Below are positions 28,049 through 36,855 of a stretch of DNA of 64,000 bases, one piece after another; within the stretch, counting starts at the first letter, position 1, and every line of letters starts with the position of its first letter. Below the pieces are notes generated by a model. That model had not been told where the DNA came from. It ran no database searches and was given only the letters and a program-made list of their open reading frames with translations. A program made the translations under genes and the position numbers. Origin of the DNA: a virus. Its lineage: Duplodnaviria > Caudoviricetes. The DNA lies in IMG/VR virus record IMGVR_UViG_3300046318_000439, positions 96,001 to 160,000 of that record. One strand, 5' to 3'.

Positions 28049-29845
28049 TTATCCTTCACAAGCCAAACACACATCGCCTTCAGCCAAAGACTTCAAATCG
28101 ATCTCTTGAATTACTTGACGTTCAATCTTCTTAGATACCTTATCTGCTTTGGCTAACTTCTCAGAGCGGCAGTAATATAAAGTCTTCAATCCTTCTTTCC
28201 ATGCTTGGAAGTGTACAGCATGCAAATACTTCACGTTACAATCTGGTCTAAAGAATATGTTCAACGATTGAGCTTGGTCGATGTATTGTTGACGATCAGC
28301 AGCGTGCTGAATTAACCAACGTTGATCAATCTCCATTGCTGTCTTATATACATCCTTAGTCCACTCATCGAAGAATGTTAAGTGTTGTACAGAACCATCA
28401 TTAGCAATAATTGATGACCATACTTCTTGATAATCTAACTTCGGATCTTCTTCACACTTTTGTTTGATTATCTTATCGAGGTGTTTGTTTTTGTTGAGGC
28501 TAGATCCGGATAAGGTATCTTGCCTGTAAGCATTGGCTCTAAAAGGTTCAATTGAAGGTGATGTGTTGCCCATGATAATAGAGCTACTTGCATTAGGAGC
28601 GATGGCCATAAGATGGCTAAAGCGTAAGCCTGTTCCTGCAGCATCCGGAGCCTCTCCTCGTTCTGCTCCAAGTTCTTTGTTTGCTTCATCTAACTTACCT
28701 CTGATGTGTTTAAAAATTTGTTGGTTACGGCCAACTGCCATTGCTGATTCCCAAGGTAAGTTATTCTTTTGCAGGTATGCATGATAACCAAGGGCTCCAA
28801 TACCGATTGAGCGCTCTTGCATAGCTGAGTACTTTGCTCTTGCTACTGGCTCTGGAGCATTGTCAATAAAGTATTGCAATACATTATCCAACATCTCCGC
28901 CATATCCTTAAGGAACAATGGATCATTCTTCCACTCATCATAATATTCTAGATTGACTGAACTTAAGCAACAAACAGCTGTGCGGTCTTTATCTGTTGGT
29001 AGAATAATCTCAGAGCATAGATTAGATTGTTTAATTGATAAGCCTTTTTTCTTTTGGAATTCTGGCATCATTCTATTTGATGTATCAATAAAGTGAATGT
29101 ATGGCTCACCAGTTAACATACGCATTTCAATGATACGCTGCCACAATTCACGAGCAGGAATAGTATCACGCACTTCATTGTTGTGTGGATCTCTTAACTC
29201 CCACGTATCATCAAACGATGGGTCTAACATAGACTGCTCGATGATATGCATAAACTTATCTGTAATGTTAATACCATGATGCAAATTCAAACAACGCATA
29301 TTCTGATCGCCTGTTGGCTTTCTCATCTCTAAGAATAAAAGAATATCTGGGTGATCGATATTGAGATAAGCAGCATAACTGCCACGACGCGTACGTCCCT
29401 GACGATATGCTAAACTACTTGCATCATATGTTCGTAAGTGTGGCATAATTCCTACAGACTTATCATCAGCACTACGAATACCAAGACCGATACCAACTCC
29501 ACCTCCAAGCATTGATAGCCAATTAACTTCAGCTAGACAATCTACCAAACCTTCCGCACTATCGTGTAGATACGGTAAAAAACATGAAATAGGCAAACCC
29601 CTACTACTGCGGCCAAAAGAAAGAATGGGTGTAGAATAGCTAAGCCAATGTTTGCTAGCGTAATCGTATAACCTTTGCGCATGTTCTTTGTTTGTGCCAA
29701 ACGCCTGAGAAACATATGCGAACCTTTCTTGGGGTGATTGTTCTTCTTCTTTCATATACGACTCTTTTAGTCGCTTAATACCTAATTCATCAAATAGTGC
29801 ATCACGTGAATAGTCTACTTTAATACCATGGACGATATCTTCCAT
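28049..29845 (-). CDS. nrdA: Ribonucleotide reductase class Ia alpha subunit (no ATP cone)
   Basis: PISCF, GGGVG, SNLCSE, VCCLSS, APNASS, KTLYY and C-terminal CxxC. Confidence 0.95.
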   Translation of the reverse strand: MEDIVHGIKVDYSRDALFDELGIKRLKESYMKEEEQSPQERFAYVSQAFGTNKEHAQRLYDYASKHWLSYSTPILSFGRSSRGLPISCFLPYLHDSAEGLVDCLAEVNWLSMLGGGVGIGLGIRSADDKSVGIMPHLRTYDASSLAYRQGRTRRGSYAAYLNIDHPDILLFLEMRKPTGDQNMRCLNLHHGINITDKFMHIIEQSMLDPSFDDTWELRDPHNNEVRDTIPARELWQRIIEMRMLTGEPYIHFIDTSNRMMPEFQKKKGLSIKQSNLCSEIILPTDKDRTAVCCLSSVNLEYYDEWKNDPLFLKDMAEMLDNVLQYFIDNAPEPVARAKYSAMQERSIGIGALGYHAYLQKNNLPWESAMAVGRNQQIFKHIRGKLDEANKELGAERGEAPDAAGTGLRFSHLMAIAPNASSSIIMGNTSPSIEPFRANAYRQDTLSGSSLNKNKHLDKIIKQKCEEDPKLDYQEVWSSIIANDGSVQHLTFFDEWTKDVYKTAMEIDQRWLIQHAADRQQYIDQAQSLNIFFRPDCNVKYLHAVHFQAWKEGLKTLYYCRSEKLAKADKVSKKIERQVIQEIDLKSLAEGDVCLACEG

Positions 29846-29866
29846 TTTAACTCCAAATTGTTCTAA

Positions 29867-30553
29867 TTATTTTTGTATGAATTGCTCAGCCATCGGAAAG
29901 ATGGTTGCAATGACTTTTGCGCATTCCTTAGCTATAAGAATATGCTCTTTTTGTGTACCGTGTGCTGCTCTTAGTTGAATATAATGAATCCATGATCTTA
30001 ATGTGCCATTCATGTAAAGTCTAGATATTGTCAGCCCTTCTGGTAGGACTGCGCGTGCTTGCTCTTTTGCTATATTATTAGATACTGCCCACTTGTATGT
30101 TTCGTTTGCTAATTTAATAATCTCTTGTTGCTTTGTGTGCCACTCTCTTGATACTTCTCGTGCATCCAAATCGTTCACTAAATCTAACTCAATTGAATTT
30201 TGACGATTCTTAGTATCTTGCAGACGACACTCTCGGGCTACAAAAGATAAGTCTTCTGTTGGGTCTGCATATCGTTGTGAAAACTCTTGGAAAGAAAATG
30301 AACGGTGGCGCAACATCTGTCTTGCAATGTCTCTAGTCGTTTCAATTTCTAGGCATGCCGATACCATTTCTAGAGGTGACCAATGTTGATGCTTAATCAG
30401 ATAATTGATTAGCTTCTCAGACGTTTCTGTGTTAAATTGATTTGATGGATTTGAAACTCTAGCACAATATGCTACTAGGTCTTGACAATCGTATAGTCCA
30501 TCCGCAACAAATTGTCTTTCAGGCTTACTATATGATACCAGCTTTACTTTCAT
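29867..30553 (-). CDS. thyX: Flavin-dependent thymidylate synthase
   Basis: RHRSFSFQEFSQRY; QKEH. Confidence 0.95.
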   Translation of the reverse strand: MKVKLVSYSKPERQFVADGLYDCQDLVAYCARVSNPSNQFNTETSEKLINYLIKHQHWSPLEMVSACLEIETTRDIARQMLRHRSFSFQEFSQRYADPTEDLSFVARECRLQDTKNRQNSIELDLVNDLDAREVSREWHTKQQEIIKLANETYKWAVSNNIAKEQARAVLPEGLTISRLYMNGTLRSWIHYIQLRAAHGTQKEHILIAKECAKVIATIFPMAEQFIQK

Positions 30554-30612
30554 CTCTTCCTCGTCAATTACTCTTTGCGCCCACATCTCTTCATTTTCTA
30601 GGATGGGTATAT

Positions 30613-31635
30613 TTAATTCTTCTTCCATTGTGTTAATGCTGCCTTCGCTGTAAGCCCACGTTTAATATTTTGCATGATGATCCACTCTGGATCTAACCCA
30701 GCCAGTATCATATCATTAACATCTTTTTCTACTATATCTTCTGGCCAGATACAAACACTATACCCCTGTTCGATGTATTTGTCAATACGATCAACAATTT
30801 GTTTGTTTCGTGGCTCATTGTCCATTACAACTACAATCTCATCTTTAGATTTGTTTGGGAAGATTACTTCTAGATCAACAGACGATCCTGCCATAGCAAT
30901 ACAGTTAGGCAAGAACATAGAATCTATAGGACCTTCTACAACTAAAATCTTACCTCTCTCATCAATAGTGTCCAAACCAAATACCTTTGGCTTAGAATCA
31001 TCAATCATGATGGTAATGTATCTTATACCATCTTTTTTAAATCCTCTACCCTGAAAACCGAACATATTTCCGTCTTTGTCCAGGAAAGGAATGATCAACC
31101 TTGGCTCATCATTCTCAGCGTTAAACTTCTCAGGAATAATGCTATTTACCCAATCTTTAAACTTGGGAGCGTAGAATAATTTATAATGCAAACTGCTCGG
31201 AATCATGCGTTTTTGAACATATTTTTTAACATAATGTTCAGGGTCAAGTTGCGATATTTTCTTAAGCTTTTTAAGCGGACTATCAGCCTTCATAAACGTC
31301 GGAACAGTTACTTTACTGATATCCCTCTTCTCTTCTTTCGGTTCAGGGTTCTCGGCGTTCTTTTCGATGAATTTATCGCGTTTATACTCTTCTGCTAATG
31401 TAGAATCAATCCGTTTAAGGAAATTAAGAAGTGAAATAGACTCATGACAGTTATGACAATAGTAGAGTGTGCCTACTACAGGCTTCTCTACTATATAACC
31501 ACGTGTTTTGAATTTATTTGTTTTTGAGTCTCCGCAAAGAGGACAGCGGAGATTGTAGGTAGTACTATTGACCCTCTTAAACCGATCAACGCGGTTACTA
31601 ATAAGACCAATGTACTTTTGATCAATCCAATCCAT
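30613..31635 (-). CDS. gp61: DNA primase
   Basis: CPLCGDS...YCHNC zinc finger; VVEGPIDS, DNE and KDVND Toprim motifs. Confidence 0.93.
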   Translation of the reverse strand: MDWIDQKYIGLISNRVDRFKRVNSTTYNLRCPLCGDSKTNKFKTRGYIVEKPVVGTLYYCHNCHESISLLNFLKRIDSTLAEEYKRDKFIEKNAENPEPKEEKRDISKVTVPTFMKADSPLKKLKKISQLDPEHYVKKYVQKRMIPSSLHYKLFYAPKFKDWVNSIIPEKFNAENDEPRLIIPFLDKDGNMFGFQGRGFKKDGIRYITIMIDDSKPKVFGLDTIDERGKILVVEGPIDSMFLPNCIAMAGSSVDLEVIFPNKSKDEIVVVMDNEPRNKQIVDRIDKYIEQGYSVCIWPEDIVEKDVNDMILAGLDPEWIIMQNIKRGLTAKAALTQWKKN

Positions 31636-31662
31636 AATATATTCCTATAACCAAACACATTG

Positions 31663-31691
31663 ATTATAGGAGCATTTGCGACCTATGTCAA
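31663..31691 (-). promoter_or_regulatory. Sigma70-type promoter
   Basis: TTGACA-17-TATAAT, a perfect consensus. Confidence 0.8.
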
Positions 31692-31695
31692 CTGA

Positions 31696-32055
31696 TTAGA
31701 ACAATTTATCTAGTTTAATGTGAGCAATCACATAACCAATAACGCCTGCAGCTCCCATAATCATCCAACGCCATTTTTCAATGGTACTGATTTTGTCACG
31801 CATTGCTTCATGGTGCTGCAATTCAGCATCCATATGTTCCTTCAGCATAGACATCATCTGATCATGCTTTTTGTCTATTTCAGAACGCAAGTCGTCTCTC
31901 ATATCACTGATACGAGAATGGAGTGTTTGATATTGTCCTTCAACTTTTTGCTCAAGTTTGTCAATGTTATTAGCAATTGAACCTATCTGTGTTTCCAGAA
32001 TGGTCACTCTTGCTCTCATATCAGAATCGCGGACTCTAGTTACTATATCCGCCAT
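31696..32055 (-). CDS. Coiled-coil protein with C-terminal TM segment
   Basis: Ends EKWRWMIMGAAGVIGY. Confidence 0.6.
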   Translation of the reverse strand: MADIVTRVRDSDMRARVTILETQIGSIANNIDKLEQKVEGQYQTLHSRISDMRDDLRSEIDKKHDQMMSMLKEHMDAELQHHEAMRDKISTIEKWRWMIMGAAGVIGYVIAHIKLDKLF

Positions 32056-32058
32056 ATA

Positions 32059-32265
32059 TTATTTCTTCGTAGGAACTTCTTTACCCTCAAGCTTCTTGTG
32101 AACCTTGATGGTTTTGCATTGTTGTTTTACGGAACCGTCTTTATTCTTAACAACGTTACCGTCTTTGCCTAGTACATCCTTACATACAGTTTTCTTTTCA
32201 CCTGCAGCATGGGCAGTACCAATAGCTAATGTAGCTAATACAATTGCTGTTAATATTTGTTTCAT
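32059..32265 (-). CDS. Small secreted protein
   Basis: Signal peptide (AHA-A); two Cys residues. Confidence 0.6.
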   Translation of the reverse strand: MKQILTAIVLATLAIGTAHAAGEKKTVCKDVLGKDGNVVKNKDGSVKQQCKTIKVHKKLEGKEVPTKK

Positions 32266-32273
32266 TTTTGTCC

Positions 32274-32774
32274 CTATAACATTGGTTCGTCTACTGCAGG
32301 AGGAGCTTTCTTACCACCAAAGCCTGTCGTTACAGCCGATGGAGTATTTAGGGTGAATGGTTGTTGGGGGACCACAGGAACGCTTGGTGTTACTGGAGCG
32401 CTTGGAACTGATGGAACGCTTGGAACTGATGGAACACTTGGCGTTGATGGTAGTCCAGGAATAGATGGAATTGATCCACCCGTCGCACCAGCTAACTTCT
32501 CCTGGCCACGACTCCATGCAGTGATACCAAGTACAGCACCCATAGCCATATGGAACAAACCTGCTCCTTGTAATGTCAGCGGTTGCCATTGTCTAAATGC
32601 GTCATTGGCTGCTTGTGTTTCCCAAAACTGTACCACGGCCCATAATATAGGTGCTACAATAAAGTCAAACGCACATACGCTCATATACATTATGGCCATC
32701 ATTGGACGCCACTTCTTTGTCATCCAATCTTCTGCTTCTTTTTCTACTTTTGTTGGCTTGTTATTATCTGCCAT
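32274..32774 (-). CDS. Putative holin (3-TM holin-like)
   Basis: KKWRPMMA...WQPLTLQGAGLFHMAMGAVLG; adjacent to the endolysin. Confidence 0.65.
   Translation of the reverse strand: MADNNKPTKVEKEAEDWMTKKWRPMMAIMYMSVCAFDFIVAPILWAVVQFWETQAANDAFRQWQPLTLQGAGLFHMAMGAVLGITAWSRGQEKLAGATGGSIPSIPGLPSTPSVPSVPSVPSVPSAPVTPSVPVVPQQPFTLNTPSAVTTGFGGKKAPPAVDEPML
32401..32444. repeat. Short 9/18-bp tandem repeat encoding PSV repeats
   Basis: ttggaactgatggaac(g/a)c occurs twice. Confidence 0.6.
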
Positions 32775-32785
32775 TTTATTTTTCC

Positions 32786-33406
32786 TTAGTGAGCACCTAA
32801 AACATGAAGTGCGTGTTCATAGTGTTTGATTCGATCATCTAAACCAATATAACCACCATTAATGGCTCTCGTCAAGCCTTTAATATCACTAACATCAGCG
32901 AATCTATTTAAATTGTTTGTTTCCCAAAACCAACATGCTGACTGCGCAGCACCTTCAAAAGTAGCAAGATATGCTGGCACATCTTCTACATCCATTTCCA
33001 AACTGTCAGCAAAGTTCTGATAGTTCGTTTTACCTGTCAATTGAATTAGCCCTCTACCGCAATATCGGAATCCATCCCCTGACGATTCATCACCATTGCC
33101 CATACGGTTAGCATAAATCCTATTTGCAATTAATTCCTGCTTTCCAGCATATGCGGCTGCGATCTCATCTGTAGGGAAATATTTACTAAACAATTTACGC
33201 AATGTAACTGCTCGGTAATTTAAATTTTCCTTAAGAGTTCTAAAGTTGCCACTTTCGTGCGCGCATTGCGCAACAAATGCAGCTACCCGGTGTGGTGTAT
33301 CAATCTCATAATCTGGTAGTAAAATTTCTAAAGCTTCATGCCAGTCGGCAACATATGGGTTGCCAGGAATCATTTGTGCTAGTTGTTCTTTTGTAAGTAT
33401 CGACAT
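32786..33406 (-). CDS. Glycoside hydrolase family 19 endolysin
   Basis: AQCAHES, ENLNY, GRGLIQLTG, SACWFW and INGG motifs. Confidence 0.92.
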   Translation of the reverse strand: MSILTKEQLAQMIPGNPYVADWHEALEILLPDYEIDTPHRVAAFVAQCAHESGNFRTLKENLNYRAVTLRKLFSKYFPTDEIAAAYAGKQELIANRIYANRMGNGDESSGDGFRYCGRGLIQLTGKTNYQNFADSLEMDVEDVPAYLATFEGAAQSACWFWETNNLNRFADVSDIKGLTRAINGGYIGLDDRIKHYEHALHVLGAH

Positions 33407-33409
33407 TTA

Positions 33410-33613
33410 TTAAACCATTGATGTAGCTGCAATAGCTGCGTTGATGTATATATTAAGTTCTTCTTTAAATTTTAACTCTTCTTCTGAATGAGCTATCACT
33501 GAGGATATATCCAACCCCTTCATTAAATCTCCATACTCACCTGCTGTTATCTCTTTACTTTTTAGCATCGAACCATACTGCGTTGCCAGTTGATGTATTT
33601 CTTGTAACGTCAT
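33410..33613 (-). CDS. Hypothetical protein
   Basis: ATGA-coupled to the upstream lipoprotein. Confidence 0.55.
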   Translation of the reverse strand: MTLQEIHQLATQYGSMLKSKEITAGEYGDLMKGLDISSVIAHSEEELKFKEELNIYINAAIAATSMV

Positions 33614-34014
33614 CTTGGTTTTGCTCCTATAATCTTCTGTGAGGAAATCGCGTTCTTTTCTACTTGTTGCATTTTCAATTTGCAATAAGCAGCACTCACT
33701 GTCTCATTCTTTTCATAATGTTTCTTTAACTGTTCTGTTATTAAGAACAAATTATATGCAATAGTGCTCGTGTCATCGTTTCTTGCTCTTAATTGAGTAA
33801 AGTTTTTAAAGTATGTTGCTGTGATAAACATTTCATTAATGTGCTGCTCTGTCTTCTTTTTATCAGCGCACGACTCTTGTGCTACCTCAGCTTGTGTTCT
33901 TAATTGTGTAATCGCTGCATATTCATTTGTGTCATATTTTGCCATAAAGTATGCATCATAGAGAGCACACCCAGATAACATATACACTGCAAGCGCGAGT
34001 ATTACTTTTTTCAT
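33610..34014 (-). CDS. Lipoprotein
   Basis: Lipobox MLSGC. Confidence 0.7.
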   Translation of the reverse strand: MKKVILALAVYMLSGCALYDAYFMAKYDTNEYAAITQLRTQAEVAQESCADKKKTEQHINEMFITATYFKNFTQLRARNDDTSTIAYNLFLITEQLKKHYEKNETVSAAYCKLKMQQVEKNAISSQKIIGAKPR

Positions 34015-34577
34015 TCTATTATCTTCTGCTGTTCTTTAACCCACCGTTGTAAGGAAATGAGTTGTTCTTTCAACTCATGATATGTTCCGTAGTTCTCTGT
34101 TACTGTTTTGGTTGTGGTAGAGAGCGTAACTCCGGAGGCGCTTTCATTAGTGAGTCTGGCGGCGTCGGGAACTTTGTTGTGTGCGGCACTGTCATGCAAG
34201 ACGACAACATTGTTAGGAATAACGCACTTAGCATCAGCTTCTTTAGTAATGTACTTGTCAACATATTTAACAATTGTCTCACCTTTTTGTTTTGTTAATA
34301 CTAACTTGGTTTGATACTCCTGCTCAATTTTTGCAGTAGCTTCTTTTGATTCTTTTTCTATGCGGGCAACTTCAGCACGTGCTTTTTCAATGTAATGGTT
34401 ACCACCTTCTAACCAAACACCCCATGTAAACAAAACTGCGCCAACGAGAGTAATTATAGATCTATAAGTTGATACAAATGGAATGAAAGAAATCGTTTTA
34501 CCTATTGTAAGTAAAACGACTCCAGAAATAAAGATGGTATGGATGGACCAACTAGGAAGGAAGTTTAGAACCCACAT
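34011..34577 (-). CDS. i-spanin (Rz-like)
   Basis: N-terminal TM segments, coiled coil, CVIPNNVVVLHDSAA...QLISLQRW; located in the lysis cluster. Confidence 0.7.
   Translation of the reverse strand: MWVLNFLPSWSIHTIFISGVVLLTIGKTISFIPFVSTYRSIITLVGAVLFTWGVWLEGGNHYIEKARAEVARIEKESKEATAKIEQEYQTKLVLTKQKGETIVKYVDKYITKEADAKCVIPNNVVVLHDSAAHNKVPDAARLTNESASGVTLSTTTKTVTENYGTYHELKEQLISLQRWVKEQQKIIE
34100..34234 (-). CDS. Embedded o-spanin (Rz1-like lipoprotein)
   Basis: Alternate frame inside Rz: MLSALFLTMLSSC then Pro-rich KFPTPPDSLMKAPPEL. Confidence 0.6.
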   Translation of the reverse strand: MLSALFLTMLSSCMTVPHTTKFPTPPDSLMKAPPELRSLPQPKQ

Positions 34578-34725
34578 TTGGAACCTTTCGCTTCAACATA
34601 TTTTTCACTTTAGCGAGCAGTGCTTTGTGTTTTGGAGGCTCACCCTGTGGACCTACGCCTAGACCAGCAACGTTTCCGCCACCGACATTATTAACCGATA
34701 CGTCTTCTTTAAGTTGCTTGTCCAT
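34552..34725 (-). CDS. Small late protein (57 aa)
   Basis: LKEDVSVNNVGGGNVAGLG...GEPP. Confidence 0.55.
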   Translation of the reverse strand: MDKQLKEDVSVNNVGGGNVAGLGVGPQGEPPKHKALLAKVKNMLKRKVPNVGSKLPS

Positions 34726-35119
34726 CAATTTTCCTTAATACTTCTACAATGTTTGGTTCAAGAGGAATGTCGCTAGTGTAAATGTCTTTACCCTCTACGC
34801 CAATCTTCCTTACTACGTCTGGTAGTGTTCCCATCATCACAAGAAACGGTGTGATTAAATGGAGATAATCCTTAAGCTTCAAAAACAAGAGCCGAGTACC
34901 AGCCTCAGCCCCAAATACATTATAGATAATTGTCAAGTGATTTATAATCAACCGATCTTTGATATCGCCTGATTCTTCATACTTATTCAATAATCGTTTA
35001 ATGTACTTAAAGCGATTTAAATCTTCATAAAACTCAATTGTATCATAGCAGTGTGGATTGTCATAATGTTTTGCTGCATATAATAAAAAGTTTGTTTCGT
35101 CAACTTGGTCAATAATCAT
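34709..35119 (-). CDS. Conserved T4-like hypothetical protein
   Basis: NFLLYAAKHYDNPHC...EFYEDLNRFKYIKRL...NHL. Confidence 0.75.
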   Translation of the reverse strand: MIIDQVDETNFLLYAAKHYDNPHCYDTIEFYEDLNRFKYIKRLLNKYEESGDIKDRLIINHLTIIYNVFGAEAGTRLLFLKLKDYLHLITPFLVMMGTLPDVVRKIGVEGKDIYTSDIPLEPNIVEVLRKIDGQAT

Positions 35120-35121
35120 AA

Positions 35122-35451
35122 TTAGAATGTACTTAGAGCTGCCCTCTTTATTGTACCATTTGCTGTGGCCACATAAATGTAGTTATCATCAAACCAAATA
35201 GACCCCTGTACGTCACTTGTTCCAGTAGACAATACGGGAGTGTTTTTTCTACGGATCACTAAATTATTAGCCGACAAATAATGAGTGTTACTTACAGTCA
35301 CATTGGCTTGGCTGTTATTTAAAAAGTTTTGTACAGTAACCTGCCTCGTTACCGCGTTGCCAGATGGGGCATCCACGATAACGAGCAAGTCGTCTGTTGA
35401 CGGCGCTGTTAGAGCTGTGAGCTCTGAAATCTTCTTTGCGCGATCAGCCAT
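35122..35451 (-). CDS. Putative virion protein
   Basis: KISELTAL N-terminus; WFDDNYIYVATA...KRAAL C-terminus. Confidence 0.55.
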   Translation of the reverse strand: MADRAKKISELTALTAPSTDDLLVIVDAPSGNAVTRQVTVQNFLNNSQANVTVSNTHYLSANNLVIRRKNTPVLSTGTSDVQGSIWFDDNYIYVATANGTIKRAALSTF

Positions 35452-35454
35452 CTA

Positions 35455-36093
35455 TTACGCTACGATAGTGATAACTGCGTTTGAAGAGAACACTGCATCA
35501 GCACCAGTTGCAGCTACACGTACGCGATAGATCTCTGCAGTTGTTGCTGTGTTAGCTAATACTGACAATGTTGCTGTTGTAGTGTTGCTATAGGCACCAG
35601 CATTTGACAAGTTAGCGAAAGCTGCGCCATCATACTTCTGCCATACGTATGTCAATGAAGCACCTGTCGGTACAGAAGCGGCAGCGACTGAGAAGTTCAC
35701 GATATCGTTATTGCTTGCGTCACCTGTATTAGCAGCAGGCTGTGTATTGATTACTAACTTGTAATCTGGTACAACAGTATCATCAGAAGCGTCTGTCGAT
35801 AAACGAACAGCTACTAGTGTCTCGTACTGCGTACGACCAGCACGGCCGCCTGATCCAACTGTACGCAACTGATATCCAGGTGTCACTACGCGTGTGTTTG
35901 CACCAGCGCGTGCTGCACGTGCTTCGGCTACGTCTACACCAAAGATACCTTTTGTTGTGCCAGATACGAATGCGTCAGCTGTCGTGTTGCCATAAAGCGC
36001 ATCGCGGTTAGTTGTATTTTGTGTTGCTTGAACTGTAGAGCATACTATAACGCTAACGTTACTAGCAGCATCTGATTTTCCATATAATGCCAT
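35455..36093 (-). CDS. Ig-like virion protein
   Basis: MALYG start; INTQP...LTYVWQK...YRVRV Ig fold pattern. Confidence 0.65.
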   Translation of the reverse strand: MALYGKSDAASNVSVIVCSTVQATQNTTNRDALYGNTTADAFVSGTTKGIFGVDVAEARAARAGANTRVVTPGYQLRTVGSGGRAGRTQYETLVAVRLSTDASDDTVVPDYKLVINTQPAANTGDASNNDIVNFSVAAASVPTGASLTYVWQKYDGAAFANLSNAGAYSNTTTATLSVLANTATTAEIYRVRVAATGADAVFSSNAVITIVA

Positions 36094-36097
36094 TTGT

Positions 36098-36319
36098 TTA
36101 TTCCCCTTTTGTTGTTAAATCTTCTAAGTATTTAGAATTCTTATATACTACTTTCTCAATACCATTCTCGATGACAGTTACTTGTTTTGATTTGGTCGGA
36201 AAAGTAGCTGCATTTTTTCGCGAAACTTTCTCTGCAATTGATATATTGCGTTCGTTCATTAGTGTTTTTTTATCGGCCACTACATCGTTTATAACGACTT
36301 TGCCTGCTTTAATAGCCAT
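36098..36319 (-). CDS. Hypothetical late protein
   Basis: 73-aa ORF in the late operon. Confidence 0.55.
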   Translation of the reverse strand: MAIKAGKVVINDVVADKKTLMNERNISIAEKVSRKNAATFPTKSKQVTVIENGIEKVVYKNSKYLEDLTTKGE

Positions 36320-36326
36320 TTTTATC

Positions 36327-36854
36327 TCACTTCAACATTGAATGAACTGACTGAAAGTTCTCATGTGATTTGTATACATGAGAAGCCGCTTCAGCGCGAT
36401 CTGCTGGCTTTAGCTTTTCAAGCGCTGATAATACTTTATGTGCATGTTCTGATTTAACGAAATGTTTTTTACCATTTTCGAAATGAATATCTGCACCACC
36501 TTTTTCCGACTTACCGTCTACTGCACGTTTCAATTGCATATGGATGTTTTGGTTAGCCTCAGGTCCTTTATCTTCTAACTCATCTTCACCCTCATCTTCG
36601 TGCTCTGATTTAGCAGGAGCAGACTTAGGACGGCCGCGAGCAGCCATCTCAAGGATGTCTCTTAGTGAGCTTTCTTTGATATGTTTGATCTTACCACCCA
36701 TTTCATGGAAGTCATCCAACTCTGTATCGGATAGATGCTCACCAACTTTAATACCACCAGAAAAGTTTTTACCAACAGCGTGTACTTTATATTTTGTACC
36801 GCCAGCTGTCTTTACTGGTTTAACGTGTAATGCGTCTGGATGTAGGGTTGCCAT
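36327..36854 (-). CDS. Modular late protein (Glu-bounded)
   Basis: IKE, ILE and ELE junctions separate short basic and acidic blocks. Confidence 0.55.
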   Translation of the reverse strand: MATLHPDALHVKPVKTAGGTKYKVHAVGKNFSGGIKVGEHLSDTELDDFHEMGGKIKHIKESSLRDILEMAARGRPKSAPAKSEHEDEGEDELEDKGPEANQNIHMQLKRAVDGKSEKGGADIHFENGKKHFVKSEHAHKVLSALEKLKPADRAEAASHVYKSHENFQSVHSMLK

Positions 36855-36855
36855 A

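Noticed and set aside
32257-32829. 190-aa + strand ORF opposite the holin
   Set aside because: Antisense shadow produced by the PSV repeat
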